Positions 8,814 through 18,060 of a stretch of 64,000 nt of DNA are shown here, one piece after another; position 1 is the first letter of the stretch, and every line of letters begins with the position of its first letter. The position numbers and the translations under genes are program-made. The DNA is taken from assembly GCA_964013405.1 (NCBI GenBank), contig CAXGWI010000003.1:21889-85888 (forward strand), given 5' to 3'. Under the pieces are notes generated by a model. It was given only the letters and a program-made list of their open reading frames with translations, was not told where the DNA came from and ran no database searches. The stretch is from an uncultured Myxococcales bacterium (lineage in GTDB: Bacteria > Myxococcota > UBA4151).

Positions 8814-9638
8814 CTACCTGTCGCGACAAAAACCCGAGTTAAACGTGGGAACACAGAATCTTCCACCGGCCCGGGGGCCCGTATCTTCGGGCCCGGGGGC
8901 ATCACTCCCGATCCCCGCATCATCGAAGGGATCGGGCAGACCACTGTCATTATCACCGGGGCGCCCCCGATCATCGACTGGTGGTAGCCCCCCATCGAAC
9001 TCGCCGCCGTCCAGGCCACCATCATGAGCCAGCCCTGTGTCTTCGATCACGCCGCTGTCATTGGGCAGGCCGCCATCGTTGGCCACACCCCCATCGTTGG
9101 CCACACCACCATCGTTGGCCACACCACCATCGTTGGCCACACCACCATCGTTGGCCACACCGCCATCGTTGGCCACACCGCCATCGTTGGCCACACCGCC
9201 ATCGTTGGCCACACCACCGTCGTTGGCCACACCACCGTCGTTGGCCACACCACCGTCGTTGGCCACACCACCGTCGTTGGCCACACCGCCGTCGTTGGCC
9301 GCACCACCGTCGTTGGCCGCACCACCGTCGTTGGCCGCACCACCGTCGTTCGCTGCGCCGCCATCGTCAGCCACGCCACCATCGTTGGCCACGCCGCCGT
9401 CGTTGGCCGCACCGCCATCGCTAGCCACGCCACCATCGTTGGTCGCAGCACCGACATCAGCGGCTGGAGCAGGGGAATTTACCGCGGTGGCGCGGGGGCG
9501 ATGACAGGTGCCTGCGTAACAAAACTGCCCGAGCGGACAATGGCTGTGCCGCATGCAGTTGATGACGACCTCGCCCGCCTCATCCTCGCCACCGCAGCCA
9601 GCAGCGCAGAGAACGGCGACAAAAAACAGTGACCTCAT
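8814..9638 (-). CDS. Lipoprotein with a Cys-rich module and a long NDGG(V/A)A repeat stalk
   Basis: 'LCAAGC' lipobox; C-x4-C-x5-C-x4-C module; 21 hexapeptide repeats; C-terminal 'FCVPTFNSGFCRDR'; 4-bp overlap with the upstream gene. Confidence 0.75.
   Translation of the reverse strand: MRSLFFVAVLCAAGCGGEDEAGEVVINCMRHSHCPLGQFCYAGTCHRPRATAVNSPAPAADVGAATNDGGVASDGGAANDGGVANDGGVADDGGAANDGGAANDGGAANDGGAANDGGVANDGGVANDGGVANDGGVANDGGVANDGGVANDGGVANDGGVANDGGVANDGGVANDGGVANDGGVANDGGLPNDSGVIEDTGLAHDGGLDGGEFDGGLPPVDDRGRPGDNDSGLPDPFDDAGIGSDAPGPEDTGPRAGGRFCVPTFNSGFCRDR
9071..9448. repeat. 18-bp tandem repeat, 21 copies (consensus caccatcgttggccacac)
   Basis: Read directly from the sequence; in frame within the 8814-9638 CDS. 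Confidence 0.95.
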
Positions 9639-10135
9639 AGCTCGAAGCGTAGACCGAATTGCAGTTGGAGGCGATAGAAGGAGATATCCGTCGGCAAGTC
9701 GTTACCGAAAAAGTACAGATCGGTGACCAGTCCTACGCTCCCATCGACAATACCGCTGATCTTCGGCCTCCAGGCCAATTCAACGGCGGCACCGTAGAGT
9801 GTATAGGGGCTAATAAAGCCCCGCAGCCCAAGGCCTAACTCGAAGGGCTGACCAAAAACTGGCTTCAGGGGGATCGTGAGACCCGGTGCCAGTCCGAGGG
9901 CAACGCGCTGTTGCAACGGAACCACCAAACCAAGCCGCCAGCGCTTGGTGTAATCCTCTTCCAAGTACGCGGATAACTCCAGGTTCAAGTGGGCCGGTGC
10001 CCCAAGCGAGATCACGCCATCAGCGCCCGTTCCAAAACTGACACCCTTCTCCAGAAGCATCCCAAACTGGGGCTCGACCTGGTCGGCCACCGCACGACTG
10101 GAAAACAACAGGGAAGCGAGGAAGAGCCAGCGCAC
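9635..10135 (-). CDS. Small secreted protein, probable outer-membrane beta-barrel
   Basis: GGAGG RBS; signal peptide (AVA|D); amphipathic beta strands; C-terminal 'LQFGLRFEL'. Confidence 0.55.
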   Translation of the reverse strand: MRWLFLASLLFSSRAVADQVEPQFGMLLEKGVSFGTGADGVISLGAPAHLNLELSAYLEEDYTKRWRLGLVVPLQQRVALGLAPGLTIPLKPVFGQPFELGLGLRGFISPYTLYGAAVELAWRPKISGIVDGSVGLVTDLYFFGNDLPTDISFYRLQLQFGLRFEL

Positions 10136-10193
10136 ATGGCCTCCAAACAGGTGACCCCCGGTTTATCGGACCAAATACGCTTGCTACTTAGGC

Positions 10194-13100
10194 CTAGTAG
10201 TTCTTCGTGAACAACTCCACGTCCAGCGTCCATGAACGACGGTTGGCCTGGCTCAGATCACCATAGGTCCAACTCTCGAAATCGAAGTCTGGAATGTAGA
10301 TGGCCTGCAATGCCCACAGATAGGCCCCCGGACCGGGCACCGGCGGCTGTTCCGGATTGCCAGTGATCGGCACATGGGGAAGGCGGAACTTCCGCTGATC
10401 ACCGGGGACGACGAAGTCCCAGCGATGATTGGTGACAAGGTTGATGATGATCACCTGATAGACCGTAGGTCGAACACCGGTTTCGGCGGGCTTCCAGCGA
10501 AAGTACCCACCCTCGAGCAGCCCATTGTTCACCGGCGAGGTGATTTCGGGGAACTGGAGAATGGGATCCAAGGTCACGCCAGAGTCGAGACGACCGACAC
10601 CTTGCTTGAGGGTGACCGAGTAAGGATAGCTGTAGATGAACTCACCAGCACAGGCATTGCCTTGCATGGTGGGAACACAGCTCTGCCCAGGCTCGCATTG
10701 CGCCGCCGACTCACAGGATGGTCCTGTGACGTTGTCCGGTTCCCATCGACGGGTAAACGAGCCGCCATAGAAGGTCATGAACTCACCGGGGAATGAGGGC
10801 AGTTCTTCCTGCACGATGATGTTGCTGTCACTGTCGGTATCACCCAGAGGATAGACACCCTCGCCACCAAAATCGATATAGGTCGTGACCCGCTTTTTAT
10901 TGGGACCCAACTTACCTTCTAGCTGACCCGGCGCATCGGGTAGACTGATATTGACGCTCTGCTCGAGGGGGTACTCGAGGTGAATATCGAGGCCGCTATG
11001 GATTTCACCGAGCACTGCGGTCACGCCGCGGCGAACACCTAACTGCCGCAGCTCCACGATCTCTTCCGTGCGGCTGTTGTAGATGCCGGCCCAGGCCAAA
11101 AGGGCGTAGCGACCGGGCATGGTGATAAAGTCGAAGGTTGCATGGTCAGCGAAGACCATGTCGTTGCCCTGGATCACGATGCAGTTGCCCGTGCCTCCCT
11201 GACAGGGCTGACCGCCTTCATCCACCGGAACTTCCCAAATGGTGGCCTTCGGAGTGGGGCTTGAGAATGCATTGCGTTGGGTCAACTGAATCTGGGCAAA
11301 CGGCACTTCGTCAGGGCCCAAGGTGGCCGGGTCGAATACGGCCTTTGAAAAGCCACTCACCGTCCCCTGGAGGCGGGGATACAAGGCCGGGGGACGACCA
11401 CCACCGCCACCGCCGGGCGATGGGGGCGCCGAGCAGTAGAGGATCAAGGTCACATCGGCGCCTTCAGACTCCACGACCGTGGCACTCGTGCACATGTTCT
11501 GCATCGCAGTCACCGTCTGAGGACCATGGATATCGGGCCCACTCAGCGTGACTTGGCCGATGGCGTTTGTGTAGCCGAAGTATGGCGTATCCGATTCAAG
11601 CCCCAGATAGACCAGCGCCCCCGCTTGGGGAATCATTTGGCCCATCAGCACCCCGTACACGGTGACGTTGACGGATCCCTCCACATCACCACCATGGGAG
11701 CCGCCATTGATGAACGCAGGGTCGAAATAGGTGAACGCCATCGGCAACACTTGGGATTCACCCCCAACGCTGATGGTCACATCCACGGTTCCCGGCAGGT
11801 TGGGCGGCGTGCGCAGGCTGACCGTATTGTCATTGATCACTCGGACGTCGCTGGCAGCCCCCTGACCGACTTGAACGTTCACGGGACCTGCGCTGAAACC
11901 GGTCCCCGTCAACACGACATAGGTCCCACCGGCCTGCGCCCCGCGATTGGGATGGAGTCCGTTGAGTCGTAATGGAGCCTCATAGGTGAATGCATTGGCC
12001 AAGCGGGCCCGCTCTAGCCCCCGCTCAACCCGCAACTCCACGGGACCGCCTGCGCCTGGAGGCGTGGTGAAGATGAGGGCATTGCCATCCTGGGTGATCC
12101 CTTCGAGCTCCTGGCCTCCGAGCCATGCTCGCAGCCCCTCACCAAATCCAACACCCTCAACACGGACTTCGGTACCGCCCTCGACGGGCCCCCGACGGGG
12201 GTTGAGATTATGGACCGCTAGGGGTGTTACATACTGAAAGGCACCGGCGCGCTCGGCAAAGCCGGCCGCCGTCTCCACCCGCAGGTCAACAGTTCCTTCG
12301 CTACCCTGCGGGGTCGTCACGAGAAGGCGGTCGCCATCGACCACCAAGTCGGTGGCCTCAACACCACCGAGGAGGACTCGCTGGGGGTCGTCGGTCACCC
12401 CGCTGCCGTAGATCGCGAGGCGGGTGCCGCCCTGAACGGGGCCCCGATCCGGCGCCGACCCGTGGATGGCGAGTGCATCACCAGCGGCTGTGTAGACGAA
12501 GGCTGCGGGCCGCTCATAGGCTCCTGTCGCATCGGTGGCAGTGACCGCGACCGGTCCAACTTCGGCACCGGCCGGCACCGTGCATTCCAAGCGACCGGCA
12601 TCGATGACCTGCAGATCACCACATTCATTGGCGCCAACCTGCACGGTCACCCCGTCGTGAAATCCTTCACCGAGAATTGTGACCGTATAGCCACCGGCAA
12701 GATCACCACCACTGGGCTGAGCTTCGTTCACTCGGAGCGGGGCGTAGTAACGGAAGGCCAGGGGCAGCACCTTGCGTCCGAAGGCGTTGATCACCTCCAC
12801 GTCAACTTCACCGGGGCTCGCGGCCGGCGGCACGATACCGGTCATTTCGTTGGCATCGATTCGCTGGATCCCGCGCACCGCTGCGCCACCGATGAGCACC
12901 GCTGTCTCATCGCTAAACCCATCGCCAAGAAGACGGACTTCACTGCCGCCAAGGTAGCTCCCCGAGCCCGGCTCTACGGAGTGAAGCTCAAGAGGGTCGT
13001 AATAGGTAAATGCGCCCTCGACCGTCGCACTGCCGAGACTGTTTTGCACCACGATATCCGCTGGACCTGGGGTCCCCGGCGGGGTGCGGAAGGTGATAAT

Positions 13101-13415
13101 TCGCTCGTTGGTCAGCAGCATATCTAAGCCCTGCTCGCCACCGACGAGGACGATGCTATCCGGTGCGAAGCCCGTGCCGCGGACTCGGACTCGCGTCCCC
13201 CCCATGGCCGAACCAGACACCGGCGAGACCTCTTGAATTTGCACCGGGCCGGGACCGGCATCCTCTGGTGTGGCCGGACCCGCATCTGGGATGAGTACGG
13301 AACCCGCATCCTCCACAGGGATCTCAACCCCAGCATCTGTGCCCCCTGGGCCCGAATCCGGGCACGCGGCGAGCAGTGCGATTAAAGGAAGAAAAGAAAG
13401 GCTGCGTGCCGACAT
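10194..13415 (-). CDS. Large lipoprotein with six IPT/TIG domains and a C-terminal beta-rich region
   Basis: Start moved to ATG 13415 (GGAGGG RBS); 'LLAAC' lipobox; DAG linker; six 'P..G...GGT.V...G.GF ... AF.Y' repeats; Cys-rich insert 'CESAAQCEPGQSC'. Confidence 0.85.
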   Translation of the reverse strand: MSARSLSFLPLIALLAACPDSGPGGTDAGVEIPVEDAGSVLIPDAGPATPEDAGPGPVQIQEVSPVSGSAMGGTRVRVRGTGFAPDSIVLVGGEQGLDMLLTNERIITFRTPPGTPGPADIVVQNSLGSATVEGAFTYYDPLELHSVEPGSGSYLGGSEVRLLGDGFSDETAVLIGGAAVRGIQRIDANEMTGIVPPAASPGEVDVEVINAFGRKVLPLAFRYYAPLRVNEAQPSGGDLAGGYTVTILGEGFHDGVTVQVGANECGDLQVIDAGRLECTVPAGAEVGPVAVTATDATGAYERPAAFVYTAAGDALAIHGSAPDRGPVQGGTRLAIYGSGVTDDPQRVLLGGVEATDLVVDGDRLLVTTPQGSEGTVDLRVETAAGFAERAGAFQYVTPLAVHNLNPRRGPVEGGTEVRVEGVGFGEGLRAWLGGQELEGITQDGNALIFTTPPGAGGPVELRVERGLERARLANAFTYEAPLRLNGLHPNRGAQAGGTYVVLTGTGFSAGPVNVQVGQGAASDVRVINDNTVSLRTPPNLPGTVDVTISVGGESQVLPMAFTYFDPAFINGGSHGGDVEGSVNVTVYGVLMGQMIPQAGALVYLGLESDTPYFGYTNAIGQVTLSGPDIHGPQTVTAMQNMCTSATVVESEGADVTLILYCSAPPSPGGGGGGRPPALYPRLQGTVSGFSKAVFDPATLGPDEVPFAQIQLTQRNAFSSPTPKATIWEVPVDEGGQPCQGGTGNCIVIQGNDMVFADHATFDFITMPGRYALLAWAGIYNSRTEEIVELRQLGVRRGVTAVLGEIHSGLDIHLEYPLEQSVNISLPDAPGQLEGKLGPNKKRVTTYIDFGGEGVYPLGDTDSDSNIIVQEELPSFPGEFMTFYGGSFTRRWEPDNVTGPSCESAAQCEPGQSCVPTMQGNACAGEFIYSYPYSVTLKQGVGRLDSGVTLDPILQFPEITSPVNNGLLEGGYFRWKPAETGVRPTVYQVIIINLVTNHRWDFVVPGDQRKFRLPHVPITGNPEQPPVPGPGAYLWALQAIYIPDFDFESWTYGDLSQANRRSWTLDVELFTKNY

Positions 13416-13549
13416 CGGCCCTCCGCGCCCGCTCGCGAGCGGAACTAATGGCTGTGGGAGCAACCTAGCACCTCCGTGAGGTGCCGGCAAAGGCCCTCCG
13501 CTTGGCAATGGTCCGGCGACGGGGCAAGGGGAAGAACAGGAGCCAATCG

Positions 13550-14362
13550 ATGCATGAAAAATGGATTCGAGAAGCCCTCGCCGATCCAAGCCTTGTGGAC
13601 GGCGAAGGCCCCCACCGAAACGCGGTCCTAGACACCCTCGCCGAACTGGACGCAGGTCGACTCCGAGTGGCCAGCGATGACACCGGCGAATGGGTCGTGA
13701 ACGACTGGGTTCAGGGGGCGATCAATCTCTACTTTCGCGTCGCGCCCATGGCTCGAATCGAGGCTGGAGAGATGAGCTGGTTTGATAAGATCCCGCCCCG
13801 GACCGACCACGCCGATCGTGGCTTACGGGCCGTCCCCCTTTCCCTGGTTCGCTACGGTGCCTTCGTCGAGCCCGGGGCCGTTCTGATGCCTTGCCTGGTC
13901 AATATCGGTGCTCGGGTCGGTTCGGGATCCATGATCGACACCTGGGCGACCGTGGGCTCCTGTGCTCAGGTGGGACGGGATGTTCATGTGGCCGGCGGGG
14001 TGGGCATCGGCGGGGTCCTTGAGCCCCCTGGGGCTCGTCCTGTGATCATCGAGGATGGCTGCTTTCTAGGCTCTAGATGCATCGTCGTGGAAGGGGTTCA
14101 CGTGGGCAAGGAAGCGGTGATCGGCGCTGGTGTGGTTCTGACGGCCTCTACGCCCATCATCGACGTCCGTGGTCCCGAAGCCCAAACCTTGAAAGGCCAT
14201 GTCCCCCCCCGAAGTGTCGTCATCCCCGGCATCAGGGAGCGGGACTTCCCCGCCGGCCGCTACGGTCTCCCCTGTGCCCTGATCGTTGGCGAGCGCAAGG
14301 CATCGACCGACCGAAAAACCAGCCTCAATGCGGCCCTCCGGGACCATGACGTGGCCGTCTGA
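13550..14362 (+). CDS. dapD: Tetrahydrodipicolinate N-succinyltransferase
   Basis: 'LDAGRLRVA', 'WFDKIP', 'MIDTWATVGSCAQVG', 'GGVLEP...PVIIED'; AGGAG RBS before ATG 13550. Confidence 0.95.
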   Translation: MHEKWIREALADPSLVDGEGPHRNAVLDTLAELDAGRLRVASDDTGEWVVNDWVQGAINLYFRVAPMARIEAGEMSWFDKIPPRTDHADRGLRAVPLSLVRYGAFVEPGAVLMPCLVNIGARVGSGSMIDTWATVGSCAQVGRDVHVAGGVGIGGVLEPPGARPVIIEDGCFLGSRCIVVEGVHVGKEAVIGAGVVLTASTPIIDVRGPEAQTLKGHVPPRSVVIPGIRERDFPAGRYGLPCALIVGERKASTDRKTSLNAALRDHDVAV

Positions 14363-15420
14363 TGAGTCTTTCCCCCCTCGAGCAAACCCTGCTCCAACTC
14401 CTTGAGATCGAATCACCCACCGGCGGTGAAGGCCCGATCACCGATTGGATCGAAGCCCAACTCACCGGCTGGGGCTGGCAGGTGGATCGACTCGGCCACG
14501 CCCTGTCGGCCCGGCGCCCCCAAGGCAGTGGCGGCGTGCCCGTGGGTTTGTTTGGCCATACCGACGTGGTCACAGACCTTGAGATGGCCCCCATCAAGGT
14601 CGAAGTTGATGAAATCCATGGGCCTGGAGCCAGCGACATGAAGGGGGGTCTGGCCGTCATGCTGCAATTGGCGAAGACCCTTCAAAATACCAGTCTTGCG
14701 AAGGAGCCCACCTTGGTCTTCTACGATAAAGAAGAAGGCCCGCTGGCAGACAATGGCCTAGGACCACTCCTCGCAGCCCAGCCACAGTTACACGAACTGG
14801 CCCTCGGGCTTTGCCTCGAACCAACAGATGGACAGTTGCATCTTGGCTGCGTCGGCTCCCTGCACGTGGAGGTGACCGTACACGGCAAAGCAGGCCACTC
14901 CGCCCGTCCCTGGCAAGGCGTGAATGCCATCACGACCGCCGGCGAACTGCTGCACCGTTTCCACCAGTGGCAGCCCCGGGCGACCGAGATCCAGGGACTG
15001 ACCTTTCACGATACGGTCACGGTCACCACCATTCGCGGTGGGCAGAGCCGAAACTCCGTCCCTGCTGCCTGTACCTTTAACGTCAACCTCCGCTTCGTGC
15101 CTGGCCGGACGACGGCCGAGGCCTTGGCCGATTTGACAGACTTTGTGGGCGAGGATGCGAGCCTCAAGGTCATCGATGCCAGCGGGGGTGCTGACGTGGT
15201 CTTGGACCACCCCCTCGTCCAGGATCTGCTCAAAACAGAGCGCCTGGAGGTAGCCGCCAAACAGGCCTGGACCGATGTGGCTCAATTGCAAACCGTTGGG
15301 GTCCCTGGAATCAACTACGGCCCCGGCGCCACAGGCTGGGCCCATCAAGCAGGTGAGCGACTCGAGCGTACTCGATTGCAAGAGGCCTACGATGTCCTGG
15401 AGCGATGGCTGCGCGGCTGA
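14362..15420 (+). CDS. dapE: Succinyl-diaminopimelate desuccinylase (M20 family)
   Basis: 'GHTDVV', 'GASDMKGG', 'FYDKEEG', 'EPT', 'HSARPWQGVNAI', 'WTDVA', 'NYGPG...AH'; coupled to dapD. Confidence 0.9.
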   Translation: MSLSPLEQTLLQLLEIESPTGGEGPITDWIEAQLTGWGWQVDRLGHALSARRPQGSGGVPVGLFGHTDVVTDLEMAPIKVEVDEIHGPGASDMKGGLAVMLQLAKTLQNTSLAKEPTLVFYDKEEGPLADNGLGPLLAAQPQLHELALGLCLEPTDGQLHLGCVGSLHVEVTVHGKAGHSARPWQGVNAITTAGELLHRFHQWQPRATEIQGLTFHDTVTVTTIRGGQSRNSVPAACTFNVNLRFVPGRTTAEALADLTDFVGEDASLKVIDASGGADVVLDHPLVQDLLKTERLEVAAKQAWTDVAQLQTVGVPGINYGPGATGWAHQAGERLERTRLQEAYDVLERWLRG

Positions 15421-16226
15421 GTTTCATCCTGATCGTCCTCGCCGCCGGCTGTACGGAGGCGAAGATGCCTCCCGTCACAAAACACCGGGTCATTAGCCTG
15501 TCGCCCGCTGCCACCTCCGTGGTCATCGCCTTGGGGGCCCAGGATCAGCTTGCGGGCATTTCCACCTTCTGCCCTGAAGTACCAAACCATCCAGACCTGC
15601 CGCGACTGGGTGGCCTCATCGATCCTAATCTGGAGGCGATCGCACTGCTCCAGCCCAGTCTCGTCGTTCTCACCTCCGGTGGAAAGGCAACAGCCCACCG
15701 CCTTCAACAACTGGGTATCGACAGCCTCCAACTGGCCGAAGGGGACCTCGGGGGCGTCATCGACAACTACCGGGTCCTGGGCGCTGCCTTGAATCGCCCG
15801 GAAGCGAGCATCCGCTTAAGGACGGAGTTAGAGAACCTCTTCGCAAAGCAGCCACAAAAGCGCGGAAAGCGAACCCTTCTGGTCTTTGCCCATGAGGGTG
15901 AGCGCTATTGGGTCGCCACCCCGAAGGGCTGGCTGGGCCAGTTAGCCCAGCGGATGGGCCTGCGGGTGGTGCCACCGGGCCAGAAAGGTTTCCAGGCGCT
16001 GAGCGCAGAAGCCATCGTCGATCTGGCCCCGGAGCAAATCCTCGAACTCCGAGGACAGGCACCGGGTGGCGCTTCTTTGTCCGACTTGCGGGCCCGCTGG
16101 GCCCGCTTTCCCAGCCTCGCCCAACTCAAGGACATTCATCTCATCGAGGATGAGGAACTGCTCCAGCCGGGCGCCAGCTTGTTTCGAACAGCGCAAGCCC
16201 TTCTCCCCTTTGGCGCGAAGCCATGA
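15405..16226 (+). CDS. Helical-backbone ABC substrate-binding lipoprotein (BtuF/heme/siderophore type)
   Basis: 'LAAGC' lipobox; 'RVISLSPA', 'PNLEAIALLQPSLV', 'LSAEAIVDLAPEQI', 'LLQPG'. Confidence 0.85.
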   Translation: MAARLSFILIVLAAGCTEAKMPPVTKHRVISLSPAATSVVIALGAQDQLAGISTFCPEVPNHPDLPRLGGLIDPNLEAIALLQPSLVVLTSGGKATAHRLQQLGIDSLQLAEGDLGGVIDNYRVLGAALNRPEASIRLRTELENLFAKQPQKRGKRTLLVFAHEGERYWVATPKGWLGQLAQRMGLRVVPPGQKGFQALSAEAIVDLAPEQILELRGQAPGGASLSDLRARWARFPSLAQLKDIHLIEDEELLQPGASLFRTAQALLPFGAKP

Positions 16227-16987
16227 GTATCCAGGTCATCGACCTGGCCGTGGGCCGGGGAGCTTCGCCGACTTTAACCCAACTCAACTTTGAACTGCCG
16301 GCCGGGGAGTTGGTTGGATTGATCGGCCCCAACGGCGCCGGCAAGACCAGCCTCTTGCGTGCGCTGGCCGGACTGGATGCTCCCCATGCCGGCCAGTTAC
16401 CGGCCATCAGCCTCGAGCCGCCGCAACTGCGCCGACAGTCCCTTGCCTTTTTACCCCAGCTCGCGCCGCCCGCGCCGGCCTATTCGGTGCGAGAGTTCGT
16501 GCTGATGGCCAGTGATGAGCCCTTGCGATGGCAGGCCCAATCGACGGCCATCGAGCGGGCAGATGATGCCCTGCTCGCGACGGACCTCAGCGCCCTTGCG
16601 CACCGCCCATGCGATCGCCTCAGTGGTGGTGAATACCGTCGGACTCTACTGGCGGCGACCCTTGCTCAAGGGGCTAGCTTGTTGCTCTTGGATGAGCCCT
16701 GTGCTGGCCTCGACCTCCCCCACGCTGCCCTCGTGATGAGCCACCTGCGGACTTGGTTGACGGGCGCCAAAAACCGGCGAGTGCTCGTGGCCATGCACGA
16801 CCTCAACTTGACGGCGCAATTTTGCGACCAAGTGCTCCTCCTTGGCGAGGGTGAACTCCTAGGTCAGGACAGGCCCAACGCCGTCCTCACACCGAACCTG
16901 CTGGATCGAGCCTTTGGACCGGGCTTGAGTTGCTTCGAACATCCAGAATCGGGCCAGCGAGTGATTCTCGCGAAGGGCGAACGATGA
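16223..16987 (+). CDS. ABC transporter ATP-binding protein (BtuD/FepC type)
   Basis: Walker A GPNGAGKT, LSGGE signature, LLLDEP, H-loop 'MHDLN'. Confidence 0.9.
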   Translation: MSIQVIDLAVGRGASPTLTQLNFELPAGELVGLIGPNGAGKTSLLRALAGLDAPHAGQLPAISLEPPQLRRQSLAFLPQLAPPAPAYSVREFVLMASDEPLRWQAQSTAIERADDALLATDLSALAHRPCDRLSGGEYRRTLLAATLAQGASLLLLDEPCAGLDLPHAALVMSHLRTWLTGAKNRRVLVAMHDLNLTAQFCDQVLLLGEGELLGQDRPNAVLTPNLLDRAFGPGLSCFEHPESGQRVILAKGER

Positions 16988-18057
16988 AAGCCTGGGTGAT
17001 CGTCCTCGCCGTGCTCCTCTTTGCCAGCGCCGCAGCCCTGTTGGTTGGCCCTGTCAGTCTGGAACACGAACACGCCGCCTGGGTCGTGCTCCAACTGCGA
17101 CTTCCCCGACTCCTCTTGGCCCTCAGCGCCGGGGCGAGCCTGGCAGCCTGCGGGATGGTGATGCAATCGCTGCTGCGAAACCCCCTCGCTTCTCCCTACA
17201 CCCTGGGGCTTGGCTCGGCCTCAGCCCTGGGCGCGGCCCTGGGTCTGCTCATCCTGCCCGTGCTGCCCAGCCGCCACGGTCTCCTCTGGCTGGCCGTCGT
17301 TCCCGGCCTGCTTCTCGCTTACCGCTTTTGGTCCTATGGCCGCCTCGCCTCCAGCCTGACCCTGATCGCATCCCTTCTCGGCAGCTACGCGCTCTGGCTC
17401 CAAGGCCTCATCGAGCCGACCGGCCTGGGGGCTTTGATCGGCGCCTGCACCGTGGCGTTGATCCTCGAAGCCCTCGATCGCAGCGGCCAAGTCCCCGGTG
17501 ATGGCTTGCTACTGGCCGGAGTCGCCATGGGGCTCAGCTGCGGTGCGGGGGTGATGCTTCTCCACTATCTGGTCGATCAAAGTACCAGCGCATCGATGCT
17601 GCGCTGGACCATGGGTAGTTTGGCCGTGGTCGGGGCGGATAAAGCCCTCCTGATGGGCGGCGTGCTGCTGGCCAGCCTCCCCCTCTTTTTGGTCGCACTC
17701 CCAGGCTTGAACCACCTGCAACTAGGCGAAGCGATCGCTGCCTCACGGGGCGTGGATGTCTCCCGGTTTCGCCGAGACCTCCTCTTTTTTACGGCGCTCT
17801 GGACAGGGCTGGTCGTCGCCCTGGTGGGCCCCCTCGGCTTCATCGGGATCCTCGCCCCCCATGGCGCCCGCCTGCTCTGTGGCGAAGACCAACGCCGAAC
17901 GGGCCCCCTGGCCCTCCTCCTCGGTGCCGCGCTGCTGGCCGCTTGCGACGCCCTAGGAAGAGGGCTCCTGGGCAATATGGAACTACCCGTCGGCGTCGTT
18001 ACCGCCCTCCTGGGCGGCCCTTGCTTTCTCTTCTTACTGCTGCGCCGCCGGCGCTAA
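16984..18057 (+). CDS. FecCD/BtuC-family ABC permease
   Basis: 'LRLPR', 'LLRNPLASPYTLG', 'LGEAIAASRGV', 'GPLGFIG', 'ELPVGVVTALLGGP'; ATG 16984 overlaps the ATPase stop. Confidence 0.9.
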   Translation: MKAWVIVLAVLLFASAAALLVGPVSLEHEHAAWVVLQLRLPRLLLALSAGASLAACGMVMQSLLRNPLASPYTLGLGSASALGAALGLLILPVLPSRHGLLWLAVVPGLLLAYRFWSYGRLASSLTLIASLLGSYALWLQGLIEPTGLGALIGACTVALILEALDRSGQVPGDGLLLAGVAMGLSCGAGVMLLHYLVDQSTSASMLRWTMGSLAVVGADKALLMGGVLLASLPLFLVALPGLNHLQLGEAIAASRGVDVSRFRRDLLFFTALWTGLVVALVGPLGFIGILAPHGARLLCGEDQRRTGPLALLLGAALLAACDALGRGLLGNMELPVGVVTALLGGPCFLFLLLRRRR

Positions 18058-18060
18058 GCG

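Noticed and set aside
9071..9448. Repeat array as a CRISPR, or the alternative-frame repeat ORFs (RWPHHH, VGHTTI, SLATPP, PTMVVW)
   Set aside because: Repeats are head-to-tail with no spacers and there are no cas genes. Other frames are open only because the 18-mer lacks stops. Only the NDGG frame has a lipobox and coupling to the upstream gene.
13416..13589. Long N-terminal extensions in the ORF track (IPT protein, dapD, HEAT protein, Hsp70, nadD, ppiD)
   Set aside because: They overlap neighbouring genes or precede clear RBS/signal-peptide starts, so downstream starts were used.
15300..15420. Cobalamin riboswitch ahead of the BtuF-like gene
   Set aside because: The region is dapE coding sequence and no B12-box is visible.
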